Below are positions 1 through 8,303 of a stretch of DNA of 64,000 nucleotides, one piece after another (position 1 is the first letter of the stretch; each line of letters opens with the position of its first letter). The position numbers were made by a program, and so were the translations under genes. A model generated the notes under the pieces. That model worked only from the letters and a program-made list of their open reading frames with translations, was not told the DNA's origin and ran no database searches. This stretch comes from Ostreococcus lucimarinus. Lineage: Eukaryota. Where the stretch lies: the NCBI GenBank assembly GCA_000092065.1, contig CP000583.1; one strand, written 5' to 3'.

Positions 1-80
1 AGTAAATGAACGGCAACGAAATCGCGCACCTCGCCAACGTAAACTGCGCCGCGCTAAAGTAATTCATCGACTGCGCGCTC

Positions 81-1280
81 ATGCACATCGCCCCCACGAA
101 GCACGCCTGCGCGCACGTCAGCAACAACGCGCTCTGCGACGCGCGTTTCACGTCGTCCCTCACCTTTCTCCGCATCTCATCCAACTCCTCGGGAAACGTC
201 TCGCTCAGCGTCTCCAGAAACGCCGCGAGCTCCGTCTTATTCCTCCATCTCTTCCGCCCCGCGCTCGCCGCCGTCGCGCGCGCGTCCGCGACGCCGTCGT
301 TCGCGTCCTCCGTCTCGCCCGCGCCGTCCCGTCCGCTTCGCGCGCGCGCGCGTCCCCACCCGCGGCCGTCGTCGCGATCGACGCGCGTCGTCAACATCGT
401 TCGCATCGTCATCGTTCGCGCCTTCTCGTCGCCGCGCGCGCGCGTCGCGCGTCGCCCGCACCGCGTCGACGTCGTCGCGCGCGCGCTCGACGCCGCGCGC
501 GCCGTCGCCGTCGTCGCCATCGCCGACGGTGCGTCGTCGACTGTCGTCAATCCGCGCCGCGTCGCGATGCCCGCGACCGACCGCGCATCGTTCGAGCGCG
601 ACGTCGTCGCGCGCGCCGAGCGCTTCGCGCGCGACGCCCTGGCCTCGAACGACGGCTCGCACGATCTCTGGCACGTCGAGCGCGTGCGCGCGAGCGCGGT
701 GGCGCTCGCGAGGCTCGAGGGCGCGAACGCGTTCGTCTGCGAGCTCGCCGCGCTGCTGCACGACGTCGACGATTGGAAGTACGCGCGCGGCGACGGCGCG
801 AAGGGCCGGGCGAGGACGTTTCTGGAAGACTCGTGCGCGGACGTCGACGCGGCGACGCGCGAGACGGTGCTGGACGTGTGCGCGCGGATCGGGTTCAAGA
901 GCGAACTCGAAAAAGCTGAAAAATCGCGCGCCGACGACGACGAGGAGAGCGTCGAGTTTCGATGCGTGCAAGACGCCGATCGATTGGACGCGATCGGCGC
1001 GATCGGCATCGGGCGGACGTTTTGTTTCGGCGGCGCGCGCGGGAATCCGATGCACGTGCCCGGCGTGCCGCCGATGGTGGACGTGACGGCGGCGCGGTAC
1101 GAGGCGGCGCATCGCGACGAGACGCGGCCGAACACGACGATTAATCATTTCCACGAAAAGTTGTTCAGGCTGAGGGGTCTGATGAAGACGGCGTCGGGGC
1201 GCGCGCGCGCCGAGCGCAGGCACGCGACGATGGTCGAGTTCGTCGAGCGGTTTCACCGCGAGTGGGACGGCGACGAGTAG
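81..1280 (+). CDS. HD-domain metal-dependent phosphohydrolase (YedJ/YpgQ-like HD superfamily)
   Basis: ORF 81..1280 carries the HD motifs ...SHDLWHVERV..., ...LLHDVDDWKY... and ...QDADRLDAIGAIGIGRTF..., which match bacterial YedJ/YpgQ-type HD hydrolases. The first roughly 160 aa (81-566) are A/R/S-rich; an internal ATG at 567 (MPATDRASFERD...) aligns with the N-terminus of standalone HD proteins and is an alternative start. GC3 is very high in the 81 frame. Confidence 0.55.
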   Translation: MHIAPTKHACAHVSNNALCDARFTSSLTFLRISSNSSGNVSLSVSRNAASSVLFLHLFRPALAAVARASATPSFASSVSPAPSRPLRARARPHPRPSSRSTRVVNIVRIVIVRAFSSPRARVARRPHRVDVVARALDAARAVAVVAIADGASSTVVNPRRVAMPATDRASFERDVVARAERFARDALASNDGSHDLWHVERVRASAVALARLEGANAFVCELAALLHDVDDWKYARGDGAKGRARTFLEDSCADVDAATRETVLDVCARIGFKSELEKAEKSRADDDEESVEFRCVQDADRLDAIGAIGIGRTFCFGGARGNPMHVPGVPPMVDVTAARYEAAHRDETRPNTTINHFHEKLFRLRGLMKTASGRARAERRHATMVEFVERFHREWDGDE

Positions 1281-1298
1281 CGGCGGCGCAAAGTTTAG

Positions 1299-1340
1299 TA
1301 TTCATTCATTCATTCATTCATTCGTTCCTTCACTCACTCG
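1299..1340. repeat. (CATT/TTCA)n microsatellite followed by CACT repeats in the intergenic region
   Basis: Direct reading: ttcattcattcattcattcattcgttccttcactcactcg between the HD-gene stop and the next start. Confidence 0.8.
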
Positions 1341-1363
1341 CGCGCGCGCGCCGACGCCGGGCG

Positions 1364-3007
1364 ATGGCCGCCGCGTCTTCGTCGCTCGCCGCGCGCGCGT
1401 CGCGCGTCGGCGCCGCGGCGTCCGCGCGCGGCGTCGCGCGGCGTCGAGCGACGAAGACGCGTCGCGTCGACGCGGCGACGTCGCGTCGGCGCGGCGGCGG
1501 CGCGCGCCCGCGGGCGCTCGCGAGCGACGCGGACGCGGACGAGATCCTGGGCGTGTACGTCACGGCGTCGGCGGAGGACATACGCGCGGCGCCGGTGAGG
1601 GCGAGCGATGGGACGTTCCTGCGCGCGGGGGCGAGCACGAAGCTCGAGGCGGCGACGGCGAGCGGCGTCGCGGCGGCGGTGAAGCGATTGGTCGAGCAGA
1701 TGGAGTGGACGGGGGCGATCGGGATATCGCTGCCGGGATTAGTGACGCGCGTGGAGGGCGAGAGAGGCGATGGGGCGAGAGGGACGATGGCGAGGACGGA
1801 CATCGAACGCGCGGTGAAGCAGGCGACGGGGTGCGAGACGTCGATTTCGAGCGGCGCCGAGGCGTGCGGGGCGGCGGAACTGGCGTACGGTGCGGGCGTG
1901 GAACTTTCGGGCGGAGAGGCGAAGGGATTAGTGATGTTTTGCATGATCGGTGGGCGGTTCAGCACCAGTCTGTACGATGGAGGGAAGGTTGTGAAGAACT
2001 TTGCGGGCGAAAAGTTGAGCGACGGCGACGGCGACGTCTCGGGAATATCGACTTTACCCGACATCGGTGGCGCAAACGATACCGACGAGGCGTGGACGGC
2101 GTTTGGTGAACGCGTGCGCGAGTACTTGAGCGAGCTCGAGCGAAAGTATAAGCCGGACGTCATCATTCTCGGTGGTAAAGCTGGTCAAAATGCCGACAAA
2201 ATTATGGACAAGTTGACCGCGCTTAACACGAAAGTCGTGCCGGGGACTCTGGGCTTCGTCGCCGGTGTCAAGGGTGCGGCGTTACTAGCGAAACAGCAAA
2301 TTGGCTTGCGCGAAACGCTCGCGCAAGTGCGCGAAGCCGTAGGCGTCCAGACTGGCGTGAGCCCTCAATTCGTCTCGGATGAACAGTTGAAGAGCGTCTT
2401 CGACACATTCGACACGTCGAAGAACGGCGTTTTGGAACTCAATGAACTCGTCGACGCGACGCTCGCGCTCAACGTAAAAGTGAACGACGTGCAGTCGTTG
2501 ATGGATTCCTTGGATTTGGACGCGAACGGTGTCGTCACTTTCGATGAATGGTGCAGGTGGTGGAAGAGCGAAGTGTCGACTGAAGCCGTCACGACTATTG
2601 TCTCGCAAGACGAGTGGCGCCGCGTGCTGAAAATGGAAAGCAAAAGACTCATTTGCCTCGAAGTCGGTTTTACGTTTTGCCGACCGTGCAAAGCGTTCGC
2701 GCGCAAGTATCATCAAATCTCCGAGCAATTCCCGAGCGTCAAGTTCGTCTACATGAATGGGAACGAAAACGGGAGTACTACGATTCTCGCGCGCGACGAT
2801 CTCGGTGTGAAGTCGACGCCTTCCTTTTTCTTGTTTCGAGCGGGCGAAAAGTTGCATTTCCACTCCGGTGCGAAAGAAGAGCGCTTGCGCAACGCGATTA
2901 ATCGCCACATGCGCGACGGAGAATGGCCAGCGTTGGCCGGACCTCGACCGCCTGTGATTTCAGAAGACGAGGAGTTGCGCGCAGCGGCGGCGGCGGAAGC
3001 GACTTGA
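1364..3007 (+). CDS. Multidomain protein: ROK/ASKHA-family sugar-kinase-like domain (polyphosphate-glucokinase-like), two EF-hands and a C-terminal thioredoxin-fold CxxC domain
   Basis: ORF 1262..3007 begins at GTG; the first ATG is 1364 (MAAASSSLAARAS..., presequence-like). ROK/PPGK-like blocks are GAIGISLPGLV, AEACGAAELAYGAG, FCMIGGRFSTSLYDGG, DVIILGGKAGQNADK and KVVPGTLGFVAGVKGAA. The EF-hand loops are DTFDTSKNGVLELNELVD and DSLDLDANGVVTFDEW. The thioredoxin-like block CLEVGFTFCRPCKAFARKY...FFLFRAGEK aligns with Trx h around WCGPC. Confidence 0.6.
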   Translation: MAAASSSLAARASRVGAAASARGVARRRATKTRRVDAATSRRRGGGARPRALASDADADEILGVYVTASAEDIRAAPVRASDGTFLRAGASTKLEAATASGVAAAVKRLVEQMEWTGAIGISLPGLVTRVEGERGDGARGTMARTDIERAVKQATGCETSISSGAEACGAAELAYGAGVELSGGEAKGLVMFCMIGGRFSTSLYDGGKVVKNFAGEKLSDGDGDVSGISTLPDIGGANDTDEAWTAFGERVREYLSELERKYKPDVIILGGKAGQNADKIMDKLTALNTKVVPGTLGFVAGVKGAALLAKQQIGLRETLAQVREAVGVQTGVSPQFVSDEQLKSVFDTFDTSKNGVLELNELVDATLALNVKVNDVQSLMDSLDLDANGVVTFDEWCRWWKSEVSTEAVTTIVSQDEWRRVLKMESKRLICLEVGFTFCRPCKAFARKYHQISEQFPSVKFVYMNGNENGSTTILARDDLGVKSTPSFFLFRAGEKLHFHSGAKEERLRNAINRHMRDGEWPALAGPRPPVISEDEELRAAAAAEAT

Positions 3008-3076
3008 TTCGCATTCATTTTTTGTTTGTACGCATTTCAGCTATTTGTAGAACGCGGCAGCGTTGTAATCTAACGG

Positions 3077-4643
3077 CTAAGTTGACGTTCCCGCGTCCTT
3101 TTTATAATAAGTCGGCGCGTCGGCTTCGACGGCGGGCTTGCGCGTCGTGCGCTCTTGTAACGCTCGCACCGCGTCTTTGCCCGCTGCCGCCGCCGCTGTC
3201 GCCGCGGCCGTCGCTGCCGCCGTGGCTGCAGATGCGCGTTCTGCCGCCGCCGCCGTCGAAGCTGACGCGCTTTCCCAAATACCGCCCATGCTGAAATTCT
3301 TCAGCGTATCGCTCACTTGATGGCTCACGCTCTTCGCCTCGATCACGATTCGTCGCGGGCTTTGCGCTTCTTCCAAAGGTCCATCTTGCGCGCCACCTTT
3401 AGGCGGTGGCGGGCGCAAGTTCACCCCGTGCATGTCTTCGTCCGCGATCCCGAGCGCCTCTTTTCTCGCCAGTGCGATGCGTTCTGCTTCGCCGACGTCC
3501 ATGGACTTTTCCGACTTGATTTCGTGCGGCTGGTTGAGAATTGCCCCCTTCGTCTGGTCCGCACGCGCGCGAACACCGTAAAGCGTGTACATTTTTCCGC
3601 TCGACGCGTCACGTTCGTCGCCATCAGCGTCCGCGTTGAAGAAATCGTCCAAATCGCTCGTCATCTTTGAGGACATGGTCGACGCGACGTCGAGCGACGA
3701 AGCGATGTCCTTCAGGGACTCATCCTTCGAGAGAACCGAGACGTCCTTACTCTTCTTCTTCGCCAAACTCGCGAGTTTCTTCTTAAGTTCTTGCTCGGCT
3801 GCGATTTCCTCCGTCGTCCTCGAACTCACTTGGTTCGTCATCGCGTCGTTCACCAACATGTCGTGCAACTGAAGCACGTGTGCGACTTCCTCCTGGAACG
3901 CCGCCTCTGCCTCCGCATCCTTCGCCTCTGCATCGTCTCGTCGTTTATACAACGCATCCAACTCGGCTCCGATCTCCGCTTCGAGTAACATCTCCTCCAC
4001 CTCGGACAGCAGCTCCACCGTTCGGTTGAGCGACTCGCTCTGTTCCCAAACCTTCGCCGTCATCCCCGAAACTTCCGCGAGTTCGCGCTCGAGCGCCACC
4101 CACGACTCCTCTTGCTTCCGTATCGTCGATTCCAGCGTCGCGCTGTGCCGCAGCGCGATCCTCGCGCGCGCGTCCACGTGCGCGTGTCGCACGTCGTACG
4201 CCTCCATCGTTTCCTCCACCGCGCGCGCGTACGCCGCCAAACCTCCATCCACTCGCGTATCCTCCTGTCGCGTTCGACCGCAATCATCCTCTTCGTCAGT
4301 CCATCGAATCGGCGTCTCCGCGCGCGTCTCCGGTCGTCCCTCGTCCGCGCGAACACCAAACGCGCGTCGCCGCTCGTCGTCGTCGTCTCTCGTCCCATCG
4401 CTCGCGTCGTTCGCGCACCGTCTCCGCGCGCCTCGCGCGCAGCATCGTCTCCAACACGCCCTCGCGCACGCTCGTCGAGCGTTCGAGCGCGTCCCGCGCG
4501 TCCCGCGCGCCCCGTCCGATCGTCTCCGTCATCGCCTCGACCGCGGACGTCCCGGCGCTGTGCACGCGCGCGACCGTCTCGCTCTTCGCGATCGCGCTCG
4601 ACGCGCGTCCGTACGCGTCGCGCAAGAACTCGTGCGTCGTCAT
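3077..4643 (-). CDS. Hypothetical coiled-coil protein, two exons (exon 1 from 4643 down to about 4419, exon 2 from 4264 down to 3077)
   Basis: ORF 3077..4252 has no ATG at its 5' end: its start codon is GTG, in the context ...EDTRVDGGLAAY. Immediately upstream on the minus strand there is the sequence gactgacgaagaggatgattgcggtcgaacgcgacag followed by an in-frame exon. The upstream ORF 4296..4739 supplies ATG 4643 (MTTHEFLRDAYG...) and two phase-0 GTGCGC donor candidates, at 4418 and 4469. The product is coiled-coil with no recognisable family. Confidence 0.4.
4265..4418 (-). other. Spliceosomal intron (minus strand); the acceptor AG at 4266/4265 is firm, the donor is GTGCGC at 4418 (alternatively 4469)
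   Basis: Read on the minus strand: GTGCGCGAACG...GGACTGACGAAGAGGATGATTGCGGTCGAACGCGACAG|GAG. It has the same GACTGACGA branch motif and spacing as the SmD3 and NOP58 introns. Both candidate donors are phase 0 and match the downstream exon frame. Confidence 0.45.
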
Positions 4644-4861
4644 CGCGCGTCCGCGACGCGTTCGTCGGCGCGCGGCGCTCTGCCGCCGCACTTCGCGACG
4701 CGACGACGATGCTGACGCGACGCGCGACGATTCATCCACCGCGCGTCGCGATCCGGTCGCGACGCGCGACGCGCGCGCGCGATGGACGGCGGCGCCGCGA
4801 CGCGCGCGTCCGCGCGAGCGCGCGGATCACGCTCGTGCGCTGCGACGTCAAGGCGGAGGCG

Positions 4862-5527
4862 ATGGATGATTTTCTGCGATTGACGGAGGAAAACGCGCGC
4901 GCGAGCGTTCGCGAGGCGGGGAACGTGCGCTTCGACGTGCTCCGGGACGAGAAGGATAGAAATTTAGTGACGCTGGTCGAGATATACGCCGACGACGCGT
5001 CGGCGGCGAAGCACAAGGAGACGAAGCATTACGAGACGTGGCGAGACGAAGTCGCGGATATGATGGCGGCGCCGCGGAGCGCGGAGACGTATCTGGCGAT
5101 CGAACCGAACGACGACGCGTGGACGTACGCGAACGCCGTGACGTGGAACGAAGACGATGATCAGAGCGAGATGGTGAACGCGAGTTGCGTGCACGTGCAC
5201 TGCGAATGCGCGGCGGGCGACGAGGCGGCGTTTGCCTCGGCGTGCGCGAAGAACGCGAGCGAATCCGCGTTAGAGGATGGGAATTTGCGCTTTGACGTGT
5301 TCCAGAGCGCCGAGAGCGCGCGAAAGTTTTTATTGGTTGAGGTGTACGACGGCGCGGCGAGCGCGGTGGCGCATAAATCGACGCCGCATTACGAGGCGTG
5401 GCGAGAGGAAGTCGCGAACATGATGGCCCGGCCTCGCCAGGCGCGCGCGTACGACGTCGTGTTTCCGCCCACGAAAATCAGTTGGCGCGGCGACGCGTGC
5501 GGCGACGCGTGCGACACGACGTGGTGA
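4862..5527 (+). CDS. Tandem ABM-domain protein (Dabb / stress-responsive antibiotic-biosynthesis-monooxygenase fold x2)
   Basis: Two ABM repeats: ...NVRFDVLRDEKDRNLVTLVEIYADDASAAKHKETKHYETWRDEVADMMA... and ...NLRFDVFQSAESARKFLLVEVYDGAASAVAHKSTPHYEAWREEVANMMA... ATG 4862 (MDDFLRL) starts the conserved core. An in-frame upstream ATG at 4710 (MLTRRATIHPPRVAIRSRR..., presequence-like) is an alternative start. The rest of ORF 4112..5527 is antisense to the neighbouring gene. Confidence 0.6.
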   Translation: MDDFLRLTEENARASVREAGNVRFDVLRDEKDRNLVTLVEIYADDASAAKHKETKHYETWRDEVADMMAAPRSAETYLAIEPNDDAWTYANAVTWNEDDDQSEMVNASCVHVHCECAAGDEAAFASACAKNASESALEDGNLRFDVFQSAESARKFLLVEVYDGAASAVAHKSTPHYEAWREEVANMMARPRQARAYDVVFPPTKISWRGDACGDACDTTW

Positions 5528-5605
5528 CCCGAATTCCCGCCGCTAGACTGTAATCCATATCCAAATCCCGAATCCCGCGCGACGCGCCGCACTCCGCGAC
5601 TCGCG

Positions 5606-6100
5606 ATGCCGACCGCCGCCGACGCCGACGCCGAACCGCGCTTCGACGACGTCACGGGCGAAGCCCTCAACGTCGCCGCGCTCGAACTCCAGCGTCGCGC
5701 GACGCAGAACGACTACGTCGCCGCGCACGCACCGAGCGAAGATTCACCGTTACGTCGCGTCCCCGCCGTCGACGTCGCGCCTGGACGGCACAAGTACGTC
5801 CTCACGCAGCTCGCGATCGGCGACGAAGCCGCGCTCGTCGTTCGCGCGTACGCCGGATGCGCGTACCACGCGAATAATTTTGAGCTGTTGACGCGCGAGT
5901 TGGCGCGACTCGGCGTCGACGCGACCGGCCGCGTCGTCGGCGGCGGTCGATGCGAACGCGACGACGCGGCGAAGACGATCAAGGTGTACGGGTACAGTAA
6001 AACGTTCGGGCGCACGCCGGGGTGTAACGAACGCGCGTGCGCGATGATTCAAGAGGCGTTTACTGGATACCAGGCGACGTGGAGCGACGACGGGTACTGA
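5606..6100 (+). CDS. PHPT1: 14-kDa phosphohistidine phosphatase (Janus/Ocnus family, PHPT1-like)
   Basis: ...GRHKYVLTQL...GGGRCERDDAAKTIKVYGYSKTFGRTPG...YQATWSDDGY aligns with PHPT1 (KYVLIRV...[28 protein letters not shown]...YEVTWANDGY). ATG at 5606. Confidence 0.75.
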   Translation: MPTAADADAEPRFDDVTGEALNVAALELQRRATQNDYVAAHAPSEDSPLRRVPAVDVAPGRHKYVLTQLAIGDEAALVVRAYAGCAYHANNFELLTRELARLGVDATGRVVGGGRCERDDAAKTIKVYGYSKTFGRTPGCNERACAMIQEAFTGYQATWSDDGY

Positions 6101-6260
6101 GTTCGCGCGACGCGGAAGAGCGCCGACGTTTGATTTCGAGTTGTTCCGACGACGCGATCGTTCGACTGTTAGTTACGCTTTTATAGCCCCATCGATAGCG
6201 ATTTCGCTCGACGTCGCGTCGTCGTCGACGCCGCGCGCGTGCGATTCGATTCGACGCGCG

Positions 6261-8229
6261 ATGGTGCCCGCATTGGCATCGCGCGCCGAAGCGCGGCACA
6301 CACCGACGCGCGCGATGCCCGCTCGCGCGCGCCGCTCGATCGAAACCTCTCGCGCGCGCGAACTCCTCCTCGCGATCGACGAATCGTTCGCGAGCCCCGA
6401 GGCCTTCGCGACCGCGCGCTTCGATCCTCGCGAAGATGCTGAATGGTAAAGGGCGTTCGCCGCGCGCGCGCGCGGCGCGAGCATTGACGACGTCGTCGCA
6501 CGCGCGCAGGCTCCTCGTGAAGCGCGCGTTCAACAGACGCGCGTTGGAGACGCACCCAGACAAAGGAGGCGACGCGGACGCGTTCCAAGCGATGTACGAG
6601 GCGTTTCAAGAGCTCAAACAAGCGTTTCTCGATGGCTTCTCGGAATTCGCGAAGTGCATCGAATCGGCGCCGGCGAAGGCGAAGGCGAAGGCGAAGGCGA
6701 AACGAACGATGGTAGACGCGCCAGAACTCATGGGTAAGCGACGGACGATTCCACCGTACGAGTTCTTTCAAACCGCCGCTGAACGAGACATTCCGTTCTG
6801 GAAAATTGAGTTGGCGGCGTCGGGCAGAGCTCGCTGCACCGGCTCGCGCAAGTCCCTCGGCAGCGTCGGTCGCTGTCGAAACACCAATGAAGGATCGAAG
6901 GTGGATCAGCCGAGAAGCGTGGGTCCCGGTCCCGGTCCCGGTCCCGGGTCATCGAGAGCGCTCGTCGCCGACGTGTTCGGAATCATCAAGAAGAACGCTG
7001 TGCGCGTGGGCTTAATGGATCCAGAATCTGGCGCGTACTGCCGATTCGTTCATTTGCGATGTTGGCGTGTGCCTCAGGCGGTGTGGTACAATCTTCCGCA
7101 GTACCCCGACGATACGACTGAGTATAGCGTCGATGAGTTCAAAAGACGCTTGGTCGATATGGACGGCGTCGTCTTCGTCGGGTTGAACAAACTTTGCGAT
7201 GAAGACATCACGCTCGTCGCCGAACACGCGATGAATCAGGAGGCGTGGGCGGCGTTCAATCAGAAGAAATATGTCGCCGCTCGAGCTGCTGGCCTTCCGT
7301 CATCGCGGGTTCAACTTCTTTCGAAAGACGAAATCAAAGTACTGCAGAAACTAATGTCGAAGGCGACGTCTTTAGTGCAAGAACCAGAGCAAGACGAACC
7401 GCTCGCCGCGGTGACGAAGCAGGAATCAAAACCGGAACCAAAACGAACGGACCACGATGAGTACGACGTCGTGACTGATGACGACGAACACGAAGATGGC
7501 TTGCAAGTGGCGCCGAATGTCGGCACCGCGATCGCCGTGCAGAAACCAAAAGAGGAGAAGCCACCACCGAAGATTTTGATTCCCGTCCCTGGCGAAAACG
7601 GCGCAATCGCCAACTCACTTCTTCGCGACAATTCCAAACCCATGACGTTCGTGCTGACGGGAATTTTTCCGGATCTCGGAGGCGATCGAATCGGTCTGAT
7701 GCAAGGCAAAGACATGGCGGAAAAGCTGATTCAGCGGTTTGGAGGCGTCGTGCGGAGCGCGGTTTCAGGCGCAACTGATGTTTTGCTCGTCGGCGAAGAG
7801 CCAGGCGTTTCGAAACTATCAGCTGCGCGCACGAAAGCGAACTGCAAAGTTCTCAATCTCGAACACATCCTCGACATGATTCACGGGCGCTCCATTGAAG
7901 GGAAACGGTTGCAAATTGAAAGATTCAGCACAGGTTTTCATGGAAATTCGTTAGCGTACGATATGACGCGAGCCGAATTGGAAGAGCTACGGACGGGAGC
8001 CAAAGCGCTTCCTTCGACGATGAAAACAGAGGAGCCACAACTTCTACCATCGTCCAAGTCGACAACGCGTAAGCGCAAAGCTCTTCCTTTGTCCACGAAA
8101 GACGAAGCGCAAAAGAATTTGACGTTACCCGCACCTGATAAGCCGCCGCGAAATAAGAAGCCAAAACGCTCGCCGAAAGCGCCCGTGCGAAGCTCGCGTC
8201 GTCTCGCCGCACTGACGAACGCCGCGTGA
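6261..8229 (+). CDS. J-domain (DnaJ-like), PARP-type zinc-finger-like and BRCT-domain protein, two exons (6261..6445 and 6510..8229)
   Basis: Splicing a 64-nt intron restores a J-domain: helix I/II ...FATARFDPREDAEW|LLVKRAFNRRALETHPDKGGDADAFQAMYEAFQELK, with an HPD motif. The PARP-type finger-like block is FWKIELAASGRARC...YCRFVHLRCW. The BRCT block FVLTGIFPDLGGDRIGLMQGKDMAEKLIQRFGGVVRSAVSGATDVLLVGEEPGVSKLSAARTKANCKVLNLEHI is RFC1/LIG3/PARP-type. ATG at 6261 (6315 is an alternative); there is a PGPGPG linker and a K-rich C-terminal tail. Confidence 0.55.
6446..6509 (+). other. Spliceosomal intron (64 nt, GTAAAG...CAG, branch-like cattgac)
   Basis: ORF 6141..6449 stops at the TAA embedded in GTAAAG, and the next ORF is in another frame. 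Joining tg|...|g recreates Trp and a canonical J-domain helix II (DAEWLLVKRAFNRRALETHPDK). Confidence 0.55.
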
Positions 8230-8275
8230 GAAGTTCATCACATGATATGATTGCCTCGTTCGCTACGAATCAATG

Positions 8276-8286
8276 TGTAATTTACA
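8276..8286. promoter_or_regulatory. Putative convergent polyadenylation signals: TGTAA on + (8276-8280) and TTACA, i.e. TGTAA on the minus strand (8282-8286)
   Basis: tgtaatttaca lies in the 75-bp gap between the convergent stops at 8229 (+) and 8304 (-). TGTAA occurs 20-60 nt after the stop codon of many genes in this window (for example 3063, 5549, 14692, 44420, 50205, 62440). UGUAA is the known green-algal polyadenylation signal. Confidence 0.4.
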
Positions 8287-8303
8287 AATGTCTCTCTATT
8301 TAG

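Noticed and set aside
237-1256. 339-aa minus-strand ORF and a second minus-strand reading (1-260: ...KTELAAFLETLSETFPEELDEMRRKVRDDVKRASQSALLLTCAQACFVGAMCMSAQSMNYFSAAQFTLARCAISLPFIY) antisense to the HD-domain gene
   Set aside because: Antisense ORFs are expected in 70%-GC DNA. The 237..1256 translation is R/G/A low complexity. The 1-260 reading is less repetitive, but its third-position GC is clearly lower than that of the sense frame, so I did not call it a gene, although a partial minus-strand gene at the window edge cannot be excluded.
4112-4861. N-terminal 250 aa of ORF 4112..5527 (R/S/A-rich)
   Set aside because: It overlaps the minus-strand coiled-coil gene in antisense and is low complexity. 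Only the C-terminal tandem-ABM part (from 4862, possibly 4710) is supported.
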